Shown piece by piece: positions 22,095-27,916 of a stretch of 27,916 nucleotides of DNA (position 1 is the stretch's first letter; each line of letters opens with the position of its first letter). The stretch covers positions 496,001 through 523,916 of the forward strand of contig JASANG010000440.1 in the NCBI GenBank assembly GCA_030248215.1, read 5' to 3'. A model generated the notes under the pieces. It saw only the letters and a program-made list of their open reading frames with translations. It ran no database searches and was not told where the DNA came from. This DNA is from Enoplolaimus lenunculus. Taxonomy: Eukaryota. A program made the position numbers and the translations under genes.

Positions 22095-22272
22095 CTGAAA
22101 CAAACCACAAATGCCTTGGAGCAAAAAAAGCCGAATTTATGTGCAATCATTACAAAAGTTAAAGAACGGACAACATTGCACAATTGAAACAGTAAATATG
22201 CCAACATGAGTCCGAATATGTCACTGCGTAAAATTTGCACAAGCAGCACGAGCGCAAAATTGTACAACATAC

Positions 22273-22375
22273 CTAGCGCAGCAGGACGATTTGCTTTCGG
22301 CAAATTGCCTAGCTCATCGTCCAATTTTTTCAAAGCTGCTTTTAAATTGTCCGGTTTCCATTGAAGACGTTTCAT
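22273..22375 (-). CDS. Exon 1 of the transposon-encoded Psq-HTH + PHD finger protein
   Basis: ATG at 22375; MKRLQWKPDNLKAALKKL matches the first Psq helix pattern. Donor AG|GTATGT at 22273/22272, phase 1, joins exon 2 in frame (103+848 = 951 nt). An upstream TTGCAG acceptor ends at 22382. Confidence 0.8.
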
Positions 22376-23736
22376 TGGCGCCTGCAATTATATTTCTAAT
22401 ACTTAACTTCAATCTATCGGGTCAAAGAACATAACATTGGAACTGGCAAAATACGGAGTTAAAGCAAGATACAGGTTAAATCTAAAAACACACATTAAAA
22501 TCGCTACAACATCGCCAAAGAGGCTAATCAAATTCTACGCGACAAAAGCTTTGAATAACGGCAAAAACTTAGTAAGTTTACAAGAGCGTGAGAGCGTTTC
22601 TTCAATTGCCATGCGCTTAAGCTTACATTATCATACATATACTCAATAGGCATTTTGTATGTCCGAACTGATGGCCGAAAATAACACACAACTTACATTT
22701 TCAGGGTTTTCATCAGATCTTGTTTTTATTAAAGGTTTCCGAGCCAATTTTAAACGAGTTCAATGTGAATCAACCATATTCCTAGCGTATTTTACCCGAG
22801 CCATTATTCTACTTATAGTTATAATTAGAAATTACGTGCTGAAATTTAAAACTGTCCATAAAGACATAAGAAATATCTACTGTTCATATAACTAAAGTGG
22901 TGTTCATATTTTTAAGAAAGTGTCCATATTACACGAAGCTATAAAAATTGAGGGTATCGCTGCAAAACTCCCCAAAACAAATTTTCTTTTTGGATAACGC
23001 AATTACAAAGAACACTATCTGATAGAGCAAGCAATTTGCTTGCCGGTGATGTAAAATTTTTCTACTTAATATCATATTTATACATAGTTTTTTGCAGCAT
23101 GCTCTTAGCATTTTAACATTCGTTCTTAGCCTATTTTATAGCTATGTTGCTGCTGAGCGCGTTAAAATGACGTCATTTATTACTAGCTAGTAATACATCT
23201 TTATGTTTGACGTTAGTTTAAAGAGCGTTTCGAGCTCTACATGTCCATATAAAAATCAAAGCGAAATATACACATTTACACATAGAAAACTGGTAAAGTT
23301 TGTTAGAAGTGTCCATACATGTAAAGTGACCATACAAGGCAAGTTTACCCTATTCTTAGGATTACACTTTAGGCTTACGATATGCTTATACTACGTACTA
23401 TTACTACTATTACCGATGAGTTCTATACAATGGCCGACAAAGTGAACTTTTCAACTGGCTCGAAACGGAACTCAAATTTTGCCTTGGGATTTAATGCTAA
23501 AATGCACCTGGCATCTCGTTGGTTTCGATCGCAAAGTCTAAGACGTTTTTAGGCTCAGGCAAGTCTTTAATTAACCTCAGGCACAGATAAGTCTGTTCCT
23601 AAACCTAAGCCTACACCCGAGTCAACGCCATAACATTAAATGTGTGTGTGAAAAATGCAAAACAGCCATTATCAGCAAATATAGTTGGATTGCAAAGCTG
23701 CGAGGCGCAGATAGCTTGTGTACACTAAAAGATTAC

Positions 23737-24097
23737 GGGCAATTTAAAGAACATAAGCGGAACAGTAAGCATATTCGTAGACTAAGCCTAAGAAAAAGCG
23801 TAAGAATGAGCATGTTCCTAAGCCTTAGCCTAAGCCTATTAGCCTAAGCCTATTCCTCAGCCTAAGCGTAATCATGAGCATATTTTTAGGCGTAAGCCTA
23901 AACCTAAGCGTCACAATGAGAATATTAATAAGCCTAAGCCTAAGCTTAAACCCAAGCTTAAGCGTAATAATGAGCATATTGTTAAGCCTAAACCTAAACC
24001 TAAAGCGTAAGCCAAGCAAAAAATAATCTAAAGCATAAGTCTACCCTATTCTAATCCCACAGACAAACTCTCCGGCCCTGATCTTTTTACACGGGCC
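23737..24097 (-). mobile_element. Family A telomeric MITE with a degenerate expanded array
   Basis: GGGCAATTTAAAGAACA ... ATCTTTTTACACGGGCC ends; perfect 8-bp TSD AAGATTAC at 23729-23736 and 24098-24105; GCCTAA array at about 23780-24015. Confidence 0.92.
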
Positions 24098-25296
24098 AAG
24101 ATTACTATTAGCTTAATAGTTCAAGCACACTTCATGCCTGGTTTTACAAAAAATTCTCAAAAAGTTTAAACCGAACCATCGCTAAAAAACTTTGAACATT
24201 AAACTGTCGACAATTTCACCTTGTATTGTATTTTATACAACTATGTCACATACGTAAAAAAAGTTGAAAAATGAAACATACAATCGCTACATAGATTTTA
24301 AACAAAAAATGTTAGATGTAAAATCTGACAAAACAATCGACAGAGGCGGATAGGAACAAATGGATACAGGGGATTCTCGCGAAATTGCTGGTGAAACAAG
24401 AAAAAGCCCACATTGAACCTGGATTAAAATAACTTTCTTGATCGTAAAAGGTTCAAAAATTTGCTTGTTTAAGTGATATATACCCATCTGAACTGAAATC
24501 CAGGATATACTGGGTGATTTAAAAGACAATATATTCATTGTGATTCAACGCAATATACGGAACAAACAGACGTCTATGCGAAAGAGCATATAAACGTCTT
24601 ATATACTCGAAAAAGCATCTTTACAGGCCCAAAACGTTAAAAGTTGTGCCCTCCCAAATGGTAATCCTGGTTACGCTTCTGGGCAGAACCTCAATCCTGA
24701 TTCATTTCAATCAGGTGAAACTACTGCCTTATATTGAAACATCGATAACAATTTGCAATAAACGATTAAGCCACTCGTCATACCCCCGATTTGGGGGCCA
24801 CCTCCAACAGGGCCCCCACTCTAACAAAAATCGCCGAAGTTTTAAAATGCGTCTGCCTTCTCATTCGCTTCGCTCGCGAGTTTGGGGTCCCCCACCCTGG
24901 AGTTTGGGGGTAATTCCACGCCTGTCTGCTCCGGCACTGCCCCCATCCTTGATTTGCCTTCGAATATATTTTTCATAGAAAAGACTAGAGGAAGAGGTAT
25001 ATAAGTGTTTTCATTTAATGTTACGGCAGAGATTGCGAGTGAAAATTTTATATGCTGCCAATCGTTAACCCTTTACTTTAACATAATGCGGACCCTACCC
25101 CCTGTTTTTAAGCCTCGTTTTGAACCTTTGCTGCAGTCTGTTTTATACATGGTGGTGTGTACAACTTAAACACAATGCGCATATTTTTGATTAAAATTAA
25201 TATATTAGTTTTGACGTTTTTGACAGCGTTCTGCATGAAGATAACACAAAAAACGTGAAATATGTTAGTTTTTTGAAATTTCACAATTAGTTTTAC

Positions 25297-25395
25297 GCAC
25301 CCATATATCGATCAGGAGTGGGACTGCGTTGCTATAGAGTAAACTTCGGTCTTAGATCTATTTTTTGCTTAAGCTTAATGTTAGCTTAAACTTGA
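25297..25395 (+). mobile_element. Family A MITE fragment
   Basis: GATCAGG...GGGACTGC...ATAGAGTAAACTT...TATTTTTTGCTTAAGC. Confidence 0.55.
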
Positions 25396-25399
25396 GCAT

Positions 25400-25552
25400 C
25401 AGCGGTGGATCAGTTTGGCAAACGTCATATGTCCCAAACTTCTTAGGGCAAAAATTAAGGTACTTGACTTGAGGATTTTACTATTTTATGACAAAAACTG
25501 TTCTCAGACTTGGGCGTTCACCCCCATTGCCCCCCTCTGTATCGACTACCGT
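25400..25552. mobile_element. Degenerate hAT-like MITE
   Basis: CAGCGGTGGATC ... CTCTGTATCGACTACCG ends with a family F-like interior. Confidence 0.45.
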
Positions 25553-27150
25553 TCCGGCACTGAGCTACACATCAGCCGTTTTGGTAAAACACGCAGATAG
25601 TACATTTTTGGTAAAATTTCAATTTGGACCAAAACTGCAAAATTCAAAACAATACAGGCAATAACATAGTTAACTATTTGATATATTACGTTTCAATATT
25701 GTGTCGCATGTAAATACATTTCCTACGCGCCACAATCAAATTTAAGCCAATTACTTGGTTAGCCAGCCAAACGATACTATACTTTGAATTTGAAATTTAC
25801 ACATTTTGGAGTGGTTTTTTCGGTTACTTTCTGTTCACTGGCTGTCCAAGGATGCGCTCCTGGGGCAGGCGGTTCTTTTTATCTCACATTTTGCACCTTT
25901 ATCACATGGAAGCTGCAATTGTTCGATACGAAATTTAAAAACGCATGTTTCCAAAAGTTTAATTTCCTGCATACATTACCTTCTGTTTTGCTTTTATTTG
26001 TAGAAGACCTGGTGAATGTTTGCATGCCTCACCTGTGACGGAATCAACTTCAATATCTGTTTTTCGTTTCTGTGTCCGTTTTTATTTTGATCACTGCTCG
26101 ATTCTGTTTTTTACTACGCGTTTACACCCTGTACGTAACTGCAGCACTGCCTGTCCGCTTAAAAATGGTCCTAATAAATTAAAGATAAACGAATACTAAA
26201 CACCGGTGGATAGCGACTCACAATAAAGTAGGATACAGTAACAATTTAATTTGAACTAAAATATAAACAACAACGAACACTCCTCTTTCATGCAGCCTAT
26301 GCATTAAGTTATCATTTAGGCTCGATTTTCTTTTAGGAATTAAAAACAAAACAAATAAAATTCTTTTCGAATTTTAAGGAATCGTATCAAAAATAAAACG
26401 CTATTATAAGTTTTTAAACTCGTTTGTAAGCTTAAACACCAGAGTGTAACCAGATATCCGTTTATGTTTCCGGGAAAAGATGGTATCCGTTTTCGTTATA
26501 GAATAACGGGAATTCTGTTATTAGTATGCTGAAAATTAGTTATAAATATCACGTGTATGTCTCCACAATTTTTCATTGCAGAAATGCTGCGATGTTTTAA
26601 ATGAAATAAAAATTACAAAATTCATTTCGATGCATCCGCCATTTTCTTTAAAAATTTAAAAACCTGCGCTGCATTGCATTCAATAGCGATACTCGTGCTT
26701 TCACAGTCCACACCCGACACGGTGTAAGCAAGATTAGAGTATAAACAATCATAAGCCTACACAATGTCGGCTGAAACGCGGAGCTAAAACGAGTTCACTC
26801 ATATTTGTCCATCGATTATAATCTTTGCTCGTATTCTCAAAATGTTCATAATCAATTTAACAATGAGTACAAAAATTTCGACCATAGTCGCACTTGAATT
26901 GGACTACTTCAGTCCAGATTTTCATAATTACCAAATGCCACGGTTCGCTTGTTTAAACACCATTACTAACTGGCGATAGGTCCTACACATATGAGAATAA
27001 GATGAGCAGTTATACTATGCCATATTGTAGACAGAGGAAGTATCTGTTTAATACAGCTTCCACACTTAGTTCAGATTGCCAACACTAAGCGCTGAATCTA
27101 AGCCTAAGCGTAATACCTGGGTTAGCGAACAAACCGCTCTAACACACATT

Positions 27151-27347
27151 TCAATCAGATTCGTCTTCTTCAGAGCTCGATGGTTCTTCATTCGCCCCGT
27201 TATTTTCCCCGTTTTCTTCGTCGATATCTTGTCCTCCCTCCTGACCAGTACTGCTTTCTTGGTCGCCATCGCTTGCTTCAGCCGTTTCTTGTTCTCCGCC
27301 AGCTTCTTGAGTGTCACTCTGCGCATCTGCTTCACTTTCTGCATCAT
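27151..27347 (-). CDS. Probable terminal coding exon for an acidic low-complexity tail of an unidentified gene
   Basis: TTTTAG acceptor ends at 27348. The phase-1 frame (not in the ORF track) reads xDAESEADAQSDTQEAGGEQETAEASDGDQESSTGQEGGQDIDEENGENNGANEEPSSSEEDESD-stop, with strong GNN codon bias and higher GC than the flanks. Confidence 0.7.
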
Positions 27348-27916
27348 CTAAAAGCGAGCATTGCTATGTACATAGTTGGTCAAAATCCAAGAATCGATAA
27401 TCACTCTGACAAAAGTTTGAAAATGAATACATTCTGTACGCGGTAGGTACACCATGAAAATGAAGGGGATCGGGCAAAAACGCATCGCGCTCTAGAACAT
27501 TTTGTACTGGTCCACTCCACCACACCAAGAGTATATTAAGTTAAAAACGAAAACATAAAATGTTTTGTTTTGCCCAATGTTTTAAACATTCCCCGATGTG
27601 TTCTCAGTCCATTCGTACACAATATAAGAAAATTGGATTCATTTGTCAAGGGCCATTATCAATTCTTTACCAAACGTAGAAAACACAAACGTTAATACCG
27701 TTAACTTTCTCCAGCAGAAGAGTGGCGCTTTACTCACCTCAATCACTTGAACTGATGTGATTATCGTCACTATTCGGCAAAAAAGCATTTTACGTTTAAC
27801 GTTTACGCAATATTTTTTACCGATCCTAGCGGAGACCAATTAAGTGACGGAACTTTATTTCCCAAGCCACGTTTTTCCCCATAAACAGCTCAAATTCCAA
27901 ATTCCTATTCGTGCTA

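Larger units (their letters stand above)
20856..23350 (-). mobile_element. 2,495-bp pogo-like (IS630-Tc1-mariner clan) TIR element lacking a DDE domain
   Basis: 28-bp TIRs GGGTAAACTTGCCTAATATGGACACTTT (20856-20883) and 23323-23350, 25 of 28 identical with the first 14 perfect. TA on both flanks. Subterminal TATGGACAC repeats; encodes an HTH+PHD protein. Confidence 0.9.
20770..23435 (+). mobile_element. Family A telomeric MITE split by the 2.5-kb pogo-like element
   Basis: Left cassette GGGACTGCAATAGAGTAAACTTAAGC...CTAATTTTTTG ends near 20853. The right part resumes at 23353 with TTAGG variants, ATATGCTTATACTAC and TTCTATACAATGGCC. Confidence 0.8.

Noticed and set aside
22095..22146. N-terminus (MHINSAFF...) of the 299-aa ORF
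   Set aside because: It is intronic; the TTTCAG acceptor at 22095 and the in-frame upstream exon supply the first HTH helix.
25800..26170. Cluster of minus-strand splice-like signals downstream of the acidic exon
   Set aside because: Candidate exons contain stops and one implied intron is only about 24 nt; at most UTR or non-coding.
27066..27351. 93-aa basic ORF and 91-aa antisense hydrophobic ORF as stand-alone genes
   Set aside because: Best explained as shifted and antisense shadows of the GAA/GAT-rich acidic exon.
1..27916. tRNA, rRNA, retrotransposon ORFs or an autonomous transposase
   Set aside because: None recognised by eye; no reverse transcriptase, integrase or DDE motifs in the ORF track.

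Overview
AT-rich eukaryotic DNA, almost certainly from a nematode: TTAGGC telomere-type hexamers are scattered throughout, introns end in TTTCAG-type acceptors and the genes are spliced. The species cannot be fixed from the sequence alone. Host coding content is sparse: a two-exon, 214-aa four-transmembrane gene (minus strand, 5938-4504) and an acidic terminal exon (minus strand, 27347-27151) of a gene that probably starts at or beyond the window end. The rest is dense with non-autonomous DNA transposons. Most notable: (1) two related GGCC-ended MITE families with 8-bp target-site duplications (Merlin-like signature) that carry variable-length TTAGGC arrays; (2) a 2,495-bp TIR element with TA flanks (pogo-like) at 20856-23350 that lacks a DDE domain yet keeps an intact, spliced 316-aa ORF joining a Psq-type HTH to a PHD finger; (3) three independent nested insertions, all inside copies of the larger telomeric MITE. 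Most ORF-track entries are repeat artefacts. All coordinates were read by eye; superfamily and domain calls come from motif recognition, not database searches.
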